Source: Candidatus Poribacteria bacterium
GTDB lineage: Bacteria > Poribacteria > WGA-4E > WGA-3G
Length of the DNA: 64,000 bases
Direction of reading: 5' to 3'
Assembly (NCBI GenBank): GCA_965214095.1
Contig: OZ243938.1
Coordinates: 2,080,001-2,144,000 of the forward strand
In this document: positions 1-9,937 of the stretch, in pieces
How positions within the stretch are numbered: position 1 is the stretch's first letter
Layout: each line of letters starts with the position of its first letter
Notes under the pieces: generated by a model
The model's input: only the letters and a program-made list of their open reading frames with translations
The model's database searches: none
What the model was told of the DNA's origin: nothing
Made by a program: the position numbers and the translations under genes

Positions 1-45
1 TACACCACAGAAGAAGTCGGAGACCTAATTGCTGAAACTCTGTAA
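1..45 (+). CDS. 3' end of an upstream gene, possibly isocitrate/3-isopropylmalate dehydrogenase family
   Basis: Frame 1 reads YTTEEVGDLIAETL*, resembling the C-terminal T-x-E-V-G-D-x-I helix of LeuB/Idh proteins; only 14 codons visible. Confidence 0.3.
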   Translation, partial: YTTEEVGDLIAETL

Positions 46-62
46 CCGGTTAAACATTCTTC

Positions 63-815
63 TTATACTAATTGTGCTGTAAAGTTTATACGATCCGAAG
101 AACGAGTCCATCGATTAAAAGTATACATATCATAGGTACTCAACGATTTATAGCCTGCTGCTTTTAATAAATCATTCACCGTTCCTACTTCATAGATGCG
201 TTGATGGTGTACCTCTTCATAACGTCGAAACAACTCACCTTCCCGTATAAAAAAGGTTAAGAATGTGCGGCACATTTTCGTGTGATGTATGTAATTATTC
301 TTCCATATAAAAGAGAAATCCTGATGGTTCTCGGAAAATGTTCTGTTATGAAAATGCTCAACGATATTCTTCTCGGTAGTAACATCAAAGATAAACAGTC
401 CCTCAGGTGTGAGATGCTCTGATACCCTTTTGAACGTATCTTGCATTTCTTTTTCATTAGAGGCATAATTTATGCTGTCATAGGTGCATAGAATTGCATC
501 AAATTGCTGATCTAACTGAAAATTGAGCATGTTTCCTTGATGGAATGATATATTCAAATCCAGGTTTTCAGCTTTTTCCCGTGCAACTTTCAGCATGCCT
601 TTTGCCCTATCAATGCCAGTCATTGAATATCCTCTTGACGCTAACAGGGAGGTTAATGTGCCTGTTCCACATGCGATATCAAGTATTGTTTTAGGCTCAC
701 AACCGTATTTACCGAACAGTGATTGAATGTAATCTGCCCATCTTATATAGTTGACATTTTTCATCATTCGGTCATAGGCATAAGCAAATTTTTCATAAGG
801 TGGTGTTAATAGCAT
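63..815 (-). CDS. Class I SAM-dependent methyltransferase
   Basis: ILDIACGTG SAM-binding motif, GID motif II, L.PEGLFIFD. Confidence 0.9.
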   Translation of the reverse strand: MLLTPPYEKFAYAYDRMMKNVNYIRWADYIQSLFGKYGCEPKTILDIACGTGTLTSLLASRGYSMTGIDRAKGMLKVAREKAENLDLNISFHQGNMLNFQLDQQFDAILCTYDSINYASNEKEMQDTFKRVSEHLTPEGLFIFDVTTEKNIVEHFHNRTFSENHQDFSFIWKNNYIHHTKMCRTFLTFFIREGELFRRYEEVHHQRIYEVGTVNDLLKAAGYKSLSTYDMYTFNRWTRSSDRINFTAQLV

Positions 816-824
816 TTGTTTTAC

Positions 825-1217
825 TTACTCAGTTTCTCGTTTATACCCTATAGAAGCGTTCAAATACCTCAATAGAATATGTATTTCTTCTGCATCCCAA
901 GTTCCATCATTGCTTGTTGCAGCAATGGCATAATCACCAGCTAATTTGATTTTACGTATATTTATTTTTCCTGTGATAAAACTGAATGGGAGTTGTTGTA
1001 CTCTTCTTTTGACTCTTTCAAATGTTTGAATTAATCTGTCTCTGTCTACGTCTTCTGGTGCCTGACTTATCATTGCTTCTTTTAACATCTCTGTTGCTAT
1101 ATTAATAAGATATAGTATAACAAACCATTGCAATATGGATAAACAAACAAAAAATATTAATATTATTAATAATATTTTTGGTAGATGACGTTTCAAATTT
1201 GGAATATTAATTTTCAT
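825..1217 (-). CDS. Hypothetical membrane-anchored protein
   Basis: 130 aa with N-terminal hydrophobic segment; 9 bp from the methyltransferase start, same strand. Confidence 0.6.
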   Translation of the reverse strand: MKINIPNLKRHLPKILLIILIFFVCLSILQWFVILYLINIATEMLKEAMISQAPEDVDRDRLIQTFERVKRRVQQLPFSFITGKINIRKIKLAGDYAIAATSNDGTWDAEEIHILLRYLNASIGYKRETE

Positions 1218-1362
1218 TTGCTTTACTCTTGAAAGTGTTTAGCGTTATCTATTAACTCTATTCTGTTCTCCCCTATATTCGTATATGTTATCATGTTGTT
1301 TAGATGTTGTCAAACATTAACTAATAATCCTAACCACACCAAACAAAGAACTGACCATCATT

Positions 1363-2475
1363 ATGAAAATTGGTATCGTCGGACGACCCCATGTCGGAAA
1401 AACCACAGTATTCAATGCATTGGCTCAATCCAATGTTGAAATAGGAGACTACACGAGCAAACAACAGGTAAACCTAAGCACAATTACTGTGCCAGATGAC
1501 AGGTTAGAGAAGTTGTTACCTATCTTTCAAGCAAAAACTATTGTCCCTGCGACTATTGACTATGTGGACGGTGGTGGAACGTCACGGTCAGCATTCAATT
1601 CTAATGTAGATGTTGCAGACAGTCCAGAGATAGATGCCAGTGTGCTTGCCGAACTCCGTACTGTGGATGCACTTGCCCATGTTGTCAGACTATTTGAAGA
1701 TGAGACAGTCCCACACGTTGATGGTGATATAGATGGAAAAAGAGACATTGATGCAGTCAATTTAGAATTAGTTTTTGCGGATTTACAGATAATTGAGGGA
1801 CGACTCTCAAGGCTTGAAAAACTTCTGAAGAATCAGAAGACACCAGAATATCAGAATGAATTCAGGGTATTGGAAACCTTTAAACAGACGCTTGACGATG
1901 GCATTCCCTTACGTTCATTAACAATCGCAGAAAACGATGAGAAATTGATCCGTGGATACGGTTTCTTAACACAGAAACCCCTTCTTATTATATGCAATAT
2001 TAGTGAAACGCAGCTACAAGAGGCAGACCAACTTGCTGAACGTTTCGCAGAATATGAAGAACAAGCACAGACGACAGTCATAGTCCTCGCGGCAAAGCTA
2101 GAAATGGAAATCGCACAGCTGGATGCTGAAGATGCAGAGATATTCATGGTAGAAATGGGATTGAATCAATCCGCTTTAGACAGATTTATTAAGACATCAT
2201 ACAATCTTATGGGATTGATTACTTTTTTCACGGGTGGTCCAAAAGAGGCGCGCGCGTGGACACTACGGCAGGGACAGACTGCGGTTGAAGCAGCAGGCTT
2301 GATCCATACTGACTTTGAACGCGGATTTGTTCGAGCTGAATGTATCAATTGGAATGATCTGGTCAATTGTGGCAGCTACACACAAGCCAGAAGCAAGGGG
2401 TTGTTGAAAGTAGAAGGGAAAACGTATCAAGTTAAAGAAGGTGATGTCCTCAATATATTGGCAAATCCAACATAG
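1363..2475 (+). CDS. ychF: YchF/Ola1-family ATPase
   Basis: GIVGRPHVGKTT P-loop, HVVRLF, NISE G4 motif, AAGLIHTDFERGFVRAE, TGS C-terminus EGKTYQVKEGDV. Confidence 0.9.
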   Translation: MKIGIVGRPHVGKTTVFNALAQSNVEIGDYTSKQQVNLSTITVPDDRLEKLLPIFQAKTIVPATIDYVDGGGTSRSAFNSNVDVADSPEIDASVLAELRTVDALAHVVRLFEDETVPHVDGDIDGKRDIDAVNLELVFADLQIIEGRLSRLEKLLKNQKTPEYQNEFRVLETFKQTLDDGIPLRSLTIAENDEKLIRGYGFLTQKPLLIICNISETQLQEADQLAERFAEYEEQAQTTVIVLAAKLEMEIAQLDAEDAEIFMVEMGLNQSALDRFIKTSYNLMGLITFFTGGPKEARAWTLRQGQTAVEAAGLIHTDFERGFVRAECINWNDLVNCGSYTQARSKGLLKVEGKTYQVKEGDVLNILANPT

Positions 2476-2507
2476 TTATTTAGATAATTCAACAAAAAAT
2501 ACCAAAA

Positions 2508-3170
2508 CTAAACATCTGGATTGTCCATCTGGTCCCTTAACTTTACTAAAGCATCAATCATCCGCACTCCCATCTTTTGATACATCTCCCGTTTAACATC
2601 CGTTTCAACTATTCCTGAGAAGTCTATAGGTTCTCCAAATGCTAAATCCAGTTTTGCACGTCTGAGACGCATGCTGCCACGCGGTAAAAACTTCTCAGCA
2701 CCTCGGTGGTAGACAGGTATAGTTGGAACATTTGCATGGTGTGCTATAAAACACGATCCATCGTGAGCTTTACCTAACTCACCATCCCAACTGCGCGTTC
2801 CTTCAGGAAAAATAAGAACTGCATTTCCAGCTTTCAGAAGAGAGATAGTTTTTCGCAATGCCCCTAAGTCAGGTCTACCTCTATTGACAGGAAAAGCATT
2901 ATATGTTCTGATTAACTTACTTAATCCCGGCACACCGAAGAGATCACTTCGTGCCATGTAGTGTATCTCTCGATTCGCTACAGAACCTATGAAGAGTGGA
3001 TCTAACAGACTGACATGATTGGCAACGATCAATGCCCCTCCTTCTCTTGGAATATTGTGTACACCACTTGCCTCAATATCCCCCATTACTTTACAAAAGA
3101 GATATGTCAATCTATGTGACCAACGGTATAATCGATTCGGTGACCAGAATTGGTTGTTTGTATACCACAT
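2508..3170 (-). CDS. plsC: 1-acyl-sn-glycerol-3-phosphate acyltransferase
   Basis: NHVSLLD (HX4D) and IFPEGTRS motifs. Confidence 0.9.
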   Translation of the reverse strand: MWYTNNQFWSPNRLYRWSHRLTYLFCKVMGDIEASGVHNIPREGGALIVANHVSLLDPLFIGSVANREIHYMARSDLFGVPGLSKLIRTYNAFPVNRGRPDLGALRKTISLLKAGNAVLIFPEGTRSWDGELGKAHDGSCFIAHHANVPTIPVYHRGAEKFLPRGSMRLRRAKLDLAFGEPIDFSGIVETDVKREMYQKMGVRMIDALVKLRDQMDNPDV

Positions 3171-3192
3171 AAGCGTTTATTTTAGTTTTTTC

Positions 3193-3861
3193 TTACTTCT
3201 CCTCAATATGTGTTACTATCATCTCAATGACTTCCTCAACGGTTTTCCTTGTTGTATCCACACGAATTGCGTCTTTTGCAACTTGTAAGGGACTGTGTTC
3301 GCGTGAGGTATCCTTTTCATCACGAGCATTTATTTCTGCTTCAACAGCTTCTATTGTAGTTTTCACATTTTGTTCCTGAAGGTCAGCAAATCTTCGCTTT
3401 GCCCGTTCTTGGATAGATGCGTCAAGATAGAACTTATAATCTGCATTCGGGAAGACAATTGTCGTTAAATCCCTTCCCTCTGCAATGATATTTCCATCCT
3501 CACCAATTCTCTGTTGATGCTTAACAATCTCGTGCCGAATACTGGGTATTTTGGCAATATCTGCAACTAATTTGTTAACATCGGGAGTCCGTATCTCTTC
3601 CGATACATCTATAGAATTTAGAAAAATCCTTTTTCCATTGTCAGTAAATTCTATATTGCACTGTTTCACGAGTTCAATCAATTCCGACACATTTTCTTCA
3701 GCACCGTTCTCTATCGCAAGCAGTGTAACGGCTCTGTACATCGCACCGGAATCAAGATATAGTAGCCCCAGTTTTTCAGCAACACACCGAGCCACAGTGC
3801 TTTTCCCGGAACCCGCTGGTCCATCTATTGCGATCGTTACACAAGGTACAACTTTACTCAT
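3193..3861 (-). CDS. cmk: Cytidylate kinase
   Basis: IAIDGPAGSGKSTVA, YLDSGAMYR, EGRD, RD..D..R..SPL. Confidence 0.95.
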   Translation of the reverse strand: MSKVVPCVTIAIDGPAGSGKSTVARCVAEKLGLLYLDSGAMYRAVTLLAIENGAEENVSELIELVKQCNIEFTDNGKRIFLNSIDVSEEIRTPDVNKLVADIAKIPSIRHEIVKHQQRIGEDGNIIAEGRDLTTIVFPNADYKFYLDASIQERAKRRFADLQEQNVKTTIEAVEAEINARDEKDTSREHSPLQVAKDAIRVDTTRKTVEEVIEMIVTHIEEK

Positions 3862-3877
3862 CTGAATCCTGTTTTTC

Positions 3878-4795
3878 TCACTGTTTTATAACTATTTTTT
3901 GTGCTGCTTCCAAAATTCGTTCAATCTGTATCTCATCATTTTTCTGAAGTGTATCTCTGAATTCTTGTAAGTTATCAACAATAATGTCTATGAGTGCCAG
4001 GAGAACATCTTTATTTTGCAAGAAAATGCCAGTCCACAATTCAGGTGAACCGGCGGCAATTCGGGTGGAATCCCGAAATCCTGTTGCAGTGAAATCTATT
4101 GCGGTATTCCCTTGTGCATCAACATCTGCAACCGTATTAGCGAGTATACTTGCCATTAAATGTGGGAGATGACTTGCAGCACCGACGAGTAAATCGTGAA
4201 CTTCAGGGGAACAGACATGAGGTACTGCACCAACAAATTCCCATAAATTCTCAACTAATTGTAATGCTTCCTTATCAGTGTTTTCAGTGGGTGTTAACAG
4301 ACAATTTGCGTTATTAAATAGATCAGAATTTGCAGCATCAACCCCAGTTTCATGTGAACCTGCCATCGGATGTGCACCAACAAAAGCAACCGAATCAGAT
4401 TTCGTTGCTTTCAGTTGTTCTTCAACGGTTCTGACAATGACTGACTTCGTACTACCGACATCTGTTATCACGATCCGTTTCTGCTGTGGAACAAGAGTTT
4501 CAAGGATCTGTTTTGTGAATATCGAAACAAGTGTCACAGGTGTGCATAACACTACCAGATCACTTTCTTGTATCCCCTCAGACAAGTCTGTAGTTATGAC
4601 ATCAACCGCATTGAGTTTGCGTGCCTTCTGAAGTCTACTGATATTTCGTCCTAAACCGATACGTTCTCCTTGAAATCCGTTTTCCTTTAGTGCCAATCCC
4701 AGAGAACCGCCTATCAGACCGACACCCCATATAGTAATCTGACGTAATTCCTGGATTTGTTGTATAATAAAGGCAGGTTTCTGATCTGTAAACAT
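3878..4795 (-). CDS. tyrA: Prephenate/arogenate dehydrogenase
   Basis: GVGLIGGSLG, TDVGSTK, HPMAGS, SHLPH, GFRDSTRIA. Confidence 0.92.
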   Translation of the reverse strand: MFTDQKPAFIIQQIQELRQITIWGVGLIGGSLGLALKENGFQGERIGLGRNISRLQKARKLNAVDVITTDLSEGIQESDLVVLCTPVTLVSIFTKQILETLVPQQKRIVITDVGSTKSVIVRTVEEQLKATKSDSVAFVGAHPMAGSHETGVDAANSDLFNNANCLLTPTENTDKEALQLVENLWEFVGAVPHVCSPEVHDLLVGAASHLPHLMASILANTVADVDAQGNTAIDFTATGFRDSTRIAAGSPELWTGIFLQNKDVLLALIDIIVDNLQEFRDTLQKNDEIQIERILEAAQKIVIKQ

Positions 4796-4827
4796 TCAGA
4801 CGAATTCCAATAAATAGTATTCATCAT

Positions 4828-4856
4828 ATTTTAGATAATATTGTTCCTGATGTCAA
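4828..4856 (-). promoter_or_regulatory. Sigma70-type promoter for tyrA-cmk-plsC
   Basis: Minus strand TTGACA-17 bp-TAAAAT upstream of tyrA. Confidence 0.55.
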
Positions 4857-4881
4857 GTCAAAATTCCGAGTGATAAAAATG

Positions 4882-4910
4882 TTGACATCTGATGGCATAT
4901 TCTATACAAT
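4882..4910 (+). promoter_or_regulatory. Sigma70-type promoter for the Gfo/Idh/MocA gene
   Basis: TTGACA-17 bp-TACAAT. Confidence 0.55.
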
Positions 4911-4939
4911 TCCACTCAGGAATGGAGTGTTTTGTAGAA

Positions 4940-5057
4940 TAATACTATTTCTATGAATGTTTATCCCATTAATATTTGTTAAGAATGTCTTGAAGGAGTA
5001 CACAAACTGGCAGTTTGTGCTACAAAAATGCGAAGTTTTCTATTAGAAATGGTATAA
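4940..5057. mobile_element. MITE-like element, shell family S4, with one internal GTAG-type palindrome
   Basis: Ends TAATACTATTTCTA / TAGAAATGGTATAA (inverted, 12/14); internal CACAAACTGGCAGTTTGTG-CTAC; same ends at 21918 and 57916. Confidence 0.6.
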
Positions 5058-5156
5058 CATACGGAAGAAACACGCATACGAGTATTATGAGTTTTTTATT
5101 ATTAAACCTTTCAAATCAATCTATAGTCTAAACAGGGATTTCCTAAGGAGGTATAC

Positions 5157-6323
5157 ATGGCAGAACGAATTAAAATGGGTTTAATCGGATGTGGTGGCAT
5201 GTCCGGTGCCCACATGAACGCCTACCGAGAGTTGTGGTCAAAAGAGGTACGAGTTTTTGATATTGTCGCTGCGTGTGATATAGACGAGGGTAGAGCCGAA
5301 CAACGGGCAAGTCAGGCACACGAATTTCAAGGTGGGACGAAGCCTGCTGTCTATACTGACCTTGACAAGATGCTTGCTAAACACCCCGATTTAGAATGTG
5401 TTGATATCTGTGCGCTGCACAGTGCACATCATGTGGTTGCTGTGCCAGCATTGGAAGCAGGCAAACATGTTATCATAGAAAAACCTTTTGGCATTACGAT
5501 GCGTGCGTGTAAACTGATGATGGACGCTGCAGAGAAAAATGATAAAATTATTTCTGTTGCAGAAAACTATCGGTTGGCTCGTATCCAACGTACTCGAAGT
5601 TGGGCAATTGCCCAAGGACGTATCGGTGATCCGCGCATGTTCTTCTGGGTAGAAGTTGGCGAGGCATTAGGTAAATGGGGTTGGCGTAACTTCAAGATGG
5701 ATGCAGGCGGTGGTTGGGCATTAGATGGTGGTGTGCATTTCACCGATCTTATGCGATATATTCTCGGTCTGGAGGCAGTGGAAGTTTATGCTGTCAACAA
5801 AGCTTACGAACCTTTCCGTTATGATAATGCCGGTGCACGTGAAGGTGGTTATTCAGTTGATGTTGAAGACTGTATGATTGCTACAATCAAGTTTGAACAG
5901 GATGTAACTGCACAGTGGACATGGGTCGGTTCCGCTCCTGCACACGGCTTTGGTCAACACACAATCTATGGCAGCGAAGGTGCACTCGATTGGGGTAGAG
6001 GATTAGTGCCACGCGGCGGTGAACCAATCTCCAATGACGATTTGATGAAGGAATTCACTGATAGTCTTGATGATGAACAGCAGGAATACTATTTCCCATC
6101 AGGCATCGGTGACACAGTCGCTATTGAGTTGAAGTATTTTGCTGATGCAATTCGCAACGGTGGTAAACCCGAAGTCGACGCGGTTGAAGGACAGAGATCT
6201 CAAGCTATCTGCATGGCTGCCTATGAATCTGGATATTGGGGTCGACCTGTAACTATCGCAGAAATTGAGAACTGTGAATTGGAAGGGTATCAGAAGGAAA
6301 TAAACGACCACTTGGGTATATAA
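5157..6323 (+). CDS. Gfo/Idh/MocA family oxidoreductase
   Basis: GLIGCGGM Rossmann motif, GKHVIIEKP, GGG.ALDGGVH; AAGGAGG SD. Confidence 0.9.
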   Translation: MAERIKMGLIGCGGMSGAHMNAYRELWSKEVRVFDIVAACDIDEGRAEQRASQAHEFQGGTKPAVYTDLDKMLAKHPDLECVDICALHSAHHVVAVPALEAGKHVIIEKPFGITMRACKLMMDAAEKNDKIISVAENYRLARIQRTRSWAIAQGRIGDPRMFFWVEVGEALGKWGWRNFKMDAGGGWALDGGVHFTDLMRYILGLEAVEVYAVNKAYEPFRYDNAGAREGGYSVDVEDCMIATIKFEQDVTAQWTWVGSAPAHGFGQHTIYGSEGALDWGRGLVPRGGEPISNDDLMKEFTDSLDDEQQEYYFPSGIGDTVAIELKYFADAIRNGGKPEVDAVEGQRSQAICMAAYESGYWGRPVTIAEIENCELEGYQKEINDHLGI

Positions 6324-6401
6324 TAACCCATTGTATATTTCGTTTTATTCTTTCTGTAAGGCATTCGTGTTATGCCGTTCCAATATTAGGATGTAGTAGA
6401 T

Positions 6402-6448
6402 TGCCAAATCAACTATGAATGTATATTCAACGTTGATTTGGCATTTTT
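6402..6448 (+). terminator. Putative intrinsic terminator
   Basis: 12-bp stem TGCCAAATCAAC/GTTGATTTGGCA followed by T5, downstream of the oxidoreductase. Confidence 0.55.
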
Positions 6449-6550
6449 GAGCGTGCAGGTATGATGAAGTGAATAAAAAACATCTAACTTTTTCTAAACA
6501 TACAACCTAAAAATATAAAATCTGTCCAAGTCAATAAATGGGGCAATTGC

Positions 6551-7252
6551 GTGATAAAAATCGGACAACAATATTATTTTTTCGGATTTACCATAACATT
6601 TCTTTTGTTGTTGTCATTTAATACTGTAATGGCATTTGGACTTGAAGACAAGAACCTAATTTATGAACAGCAGTCTAATATACGTCGTCCGACAAATAAA
6701 CTCGGTCAACGTAGAGGTTTCATTTTTGGTCTTGGTGCTGGTGTTGGCAATGTGAACTTTGCAGAACCACTTGCGGAGTATTGGGGTAGCACTTATGAAG
6801 GAGATTGGCCAGACCCGCGTGGAACTGCCTCTGCATTTGCTACTGAGATTAAAATTGGACATGGGTTTTCAAATCACTTTCTTCTTTACTACACCAGTCG
6901 CATCACTTGGATGCCATTATCCAATCTTTATCGAGATACGATGATTGCTAATGGAACAGCAGGGGTTGGCATGATGCTCTATCCTCTGAGTAGTACGGAT
7001 TTTTATCTTATAGGTTCTGCAGGACTTGCAGCACTTGTTACCTGGGAACCACCTTTCAGATTGGAGCGTGCGAGACAAACAGGACTCGCAGTTTCTGGAG
7101 GAATCGGATTTGAACTTGTCCGTCATTTGAACATAGATTTTACCGTAAACTATGGAAATGCACATTCCACACAGGTTGATGATGTAAGTGAAATAACACT
7201 TACCGATGAGATAGTTTCCTTTTTAGTAACTGCACATCTCCTATTCTATTAG
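6551..7252 (+). CDS. Putative outer-membrane beta-barrel protein
   Basis: Signal-peptide-like N-terminus, Gly/aromatic alternating strands, terminal aromatic (LLFY). Confidence 0.55.
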   Translation: MIKIGQQYYFFGFTITFLLLLSFNTVMAFGLEDKNLIYEQQSNIRRPTNKLGQRRGFIFGLGAGVGNVNFAEPLAEYWGSTYEGDWPDPRGTASAFATEIKIGHGFSNHFLLYYTSRITWMPLSNLYRDTMIANGTAGVGMMLYPLSSTDFYLIGSAGLAALVTWEPPFRLERARQTGLAVSGGIGFELVRHLNIDFTVNYGNAHSTQVDDVSEITLTDEIVSFLVTAHLLFY

Positions 7253-7270
7253 TATGATGCTGAGGTAGTA

Positions 7271-7918
7271 ATGTCAGAAAATAGAGTAATAAGATTTAGA
7301 ACAACTTTCCTTCTATTGATAGGTATGCTATCATTTATCTTGAGTTGTGGAGATTTGAGTGATGAGGAAACTAAAGACCGCCTTCGTTTTGCTGAGTTTT
7401 TCTTCTTTCCCACCGCACCTTATATAGATAAATCATACATAGAAGAAGTTCCTGCTGATGAAGTAGCATCTTTGAAAATTGACTATGACGTTGAAATAGA
7501 AGCAATTCAAAATGTGTATAAAACATTTATAGATTCCTATGTTGCAAAGGACATGGATTCCCTGTCTGCGACATTTGATAGAGCATCAAGCATGGAATAT
7601 GGCACTACTACGGGTATAGTGTATGGATGGAGTAACATTAGAAGTTATATTCAAGCTAACTGGTCCGGTGAGTGGGCTGCAGACTGTAAAAGTGATCCAA
7701 ATTGGAAACTGACAGATTTTCATTACCGAGCTAAGAATGTGAAATACAACTATGCAGAAATGAGTGCCAAGGGACCAATGTTTTACTACTTAGTAGATAG
7801 GGCTATTTGTTTTAACGAAATTGGGACATATTATTTGACTAAAAAGTCTGGCGAATGGCGTATTCATCAGATAGATGGATCACTATATTTTGCAGACTCA
7901 GAATATAAAGTTCCTTGA
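7271..7918 (+). CDS. Lipoprotein with NTF2/SnoaL-like domain
   Basis: Lipobox ILSC; IEAIQNVYKTF..SY..KD helix; YLTKKSGEWRIH terminal strand. Confidence 0.55.
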   Translation: MSENRVIRFRTTFLLLIGMLSFILSCGDLSDEETKDRLRFAEFFFFPTAPYIDKSYIEEVPADEVASLKIDYDVEIEAIQNVYKTFIDSYVAKDMDSLSATFDRASSMEYGTTTGIVYGWSNIRSYIQANWSGEWAADCKSDPNWKLTDFHYRAKNVKYNYAEMSAKGPMFYYLVDRAICFNEIGTYYLTKKSGEWRIHQIDGSLYFADSEYKVP

Positions 7919-7925
7919 CACCAAC

Positions 7926-8028
7926 TATGGTAAATGATTGAATTAAGTCTACACATTGATCCGGCGAGGTTAGGAAACCTCGCCTACCGTTGATAGAAAG
8001 CGTAGATATAATTATATGCTTCACCATA
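7926..8028. mobile_element. 103-bp MITE-like element (S2 variant) with internal REP-A palindrome
   Basis: TA-bounded ends TATGGTAAAT..AATTAAGTCTACAC / GCGTAGATATAATT..TTCACCATA; core GGCGAGGTTAGGAAACCTCGCC-TACCG. Confidence 0.7.
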
Positions 8029-8064
8029 AAGATATTACAACATAATCAACAATTATGAGGAAAT

Positions 8065-9417
8065 ATGCCAAAACCAACAGATATTCGTATCCTTGACGTT
8101 GCATATAACTTTGAAGAACACCAGTACCGGACTCCGCTAAAATTTGGTGGTGTGCCAACTGACCACTGTATCCTATTTAACGTGCAAATTCTGGTCCAAA
8201 CGCGTGATGGCAAAGAAGCAGTAGGCAACGGGTCTACGCCCTTGGGAAATGTGTGGGCATTTCCACCGCGCTATGTACCTTTTGAACAAAGTCTCGCTGC
8301 GATGAAGCATCTCGCTGAATTGGCAATTGATTTGACACGAGATTGTGCACACTATGCACATCCACTTGAACTCTCTGATGTACTTGAACCTGAATTTTTA
8401 CAGGTATCGAGAGAGTTATCGCAAACGATGCAGTTAGAAACTCCAATACCGAAACTCTGCACTGAGGTCACAACAAGTCCAATTGATGCGGCAATTCATG
8501 ATGCATTCGGGAAGGCGAACGGTATCAATAGTTACAACGGATTAGACGAAGATTATATACAATCGGATCTATCCCGTTTCCTGGATTCTGGTTTTGCGGG
8601 AAAGTATCTTGACCAATATACCACACGTCATCCGAAACCCAATATGCCACTTTATCACCTTATCGGTGCATTAGATCCACTCACCGATCAAGACATCGTT
8701 GAACGTCTTAACGATGGACTTCCAGAGACATTACCTGAATGGATTATGGCTGACGGGTTGACACATCTCAAGATAAAACTGAATGGCGATGATTTAGAGT
8801 GGGATATCGCGCGTGTTCTCGCGATTGACCAAATCACTGCTGAAACGCAAGCACACCGAGGTGTTAGTTCTTGGCATTATTCTGCAGATTTCAATGAAAC
8901 CTGCCAAAATGTGGATTATCTGTTAGAGTTTCTCAATCGGATTCAGGAAGGTGCTGGACAAGCATTTGAGCGGCTTGCCTATATTGAACAACCGACTGAC
9001 AGAGACCTCAAAGCACACCCGGAAAACAAAATGCACAAGGCTGCCAAGATAAAACCGGTAGTGATTGACGAGTCCTTGACAGACTTTGAAACCTTGTTAT
9101 TAGCTCGCGAACAGGGTTATTCTGGTGTTGCGCTCAAGGCGTGTAAAGGTCAGTCGCAAGCGTTGTTGATGGGGGCGGCTGCGCAGGAATACGGTATGTT
9201 CCTTGCAGTACAGGATTTGACATGTCCTGGCGCATCGTTCTTACATTCTGCTGGACTCGCTGCGCGTATTCGGGGTGTGACTGCTATTGAAGGGAATGCC
9301 CGTCAATTTTGTCCAAGTGCAAATGATGGTTGGCGAGAGGAATATCCGGAAATTTTTGAAATTATTGATGGTACTGTCGGGACACAGATTCTTACCGGTC
9401 CTGGACTTGGGTATTGA
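8065..9417 (+). CDS. Mandelate racemase/muconate lactonizing enzyme (enolase superfamily) protein
   Basis: HLKIKL (KxK), ADFNE, YIEQP, VIDES metal ligands, ALKACK. Confidence 0.85.
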   Translation: MPKPTDIRILDVAYNFEEHQYRTPLKFGGVPTDHCILFNVQILVQTRDGKEAVGNGSTPLGNVWAFPPRYVPFEQSLAAMKHLAELAIDLTRDCAHYAHPLELSDVLEPEFLQVSRELSQTMQLETPIPKLCTEVTTSPIDAAIHDAFGKANGINSYNGLDEDYIQSDLSRFLDSGFAGKYLDQYTTRHPKPNMPLYHLIGALDPLTDQDIVERLNDGLPETLPEWIMADGLTHLKIKLNGDDLEWDIARVLAIDQITAETQAHRGVSSWHYSADFNETCQNVDYLLEFLNRIQEGAGQAFERLAYIEQPTDRDLKAHPENKMHKAAKIKPVVIDESLTDFETLLLAREQGYSGVALKACKGQSQALLMGAAAQEYGMFLAVQDLTCPGASFLHSAGLAARIRGVTAIEGNARQFCPSANDGWREEYPEIFEIIDGTVGTQILTGPGLGY

Positions 9418-9518
9418 CAATGAATCAAAAACAAGTTTGGCATTACCGACACTTGAAAACATTAGCATGAAGCAGAGGAAAGTAAAAGTTTACGCATTTT
9501 GGTTCTCCTTCAAGAAAC

Positions 9519-9869
9519 TTATGAGATGTTTTCTGAATTACTTTGTGCGTTGGTTTCTGGTTCTGTGACTGAGATATTCGTGACAATATTCCTTTGTTCT
9601 GGATGGCGCACTGGAAAATCCGTGATCACTTCATTGATTAAATCTTGTATTATCTTTTTCACATTATCAAACGGGATGCACTCTAAAACGATATTGGCGC
9701 GATGTTTGGACGGTGCTATATTATATTTCAATCCGTACTGTATACCGAGAGACATTAACTCTGGTTCAACGTTGATTGAAATCTGTCTGCATTCCTGTTC
9801 GGTAATGTAATAACTATCAACAATGAAATGCGTGTGAATCCATGCTTCTTTTTCTTCAATGATCTTCAT
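9519..9869 (-). CDS. Hypothetical protein
   Basis: 116-aa ATG ORF co-oriented with the FGE-fold gene; no recognisable motif. Confidence 0.55.
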   Translation of the reverse strand: MKIIEEKEAWIHTHFIVDSYYITEQECRQISINVEPELMSLGIQYGLKYNIAPSKHRANIVLECIPFDNVKKIIQDLINEVITDFPVRHPEQRNIVTNISVTEPETNAQSNSENIS

Positions 9870-9937
9870 ATTTACATTTTAGCATGAACAATGGTTGGAG
9901 TCAACGATTCTGAGGTTAGATTACAAGATTTTCAGGT

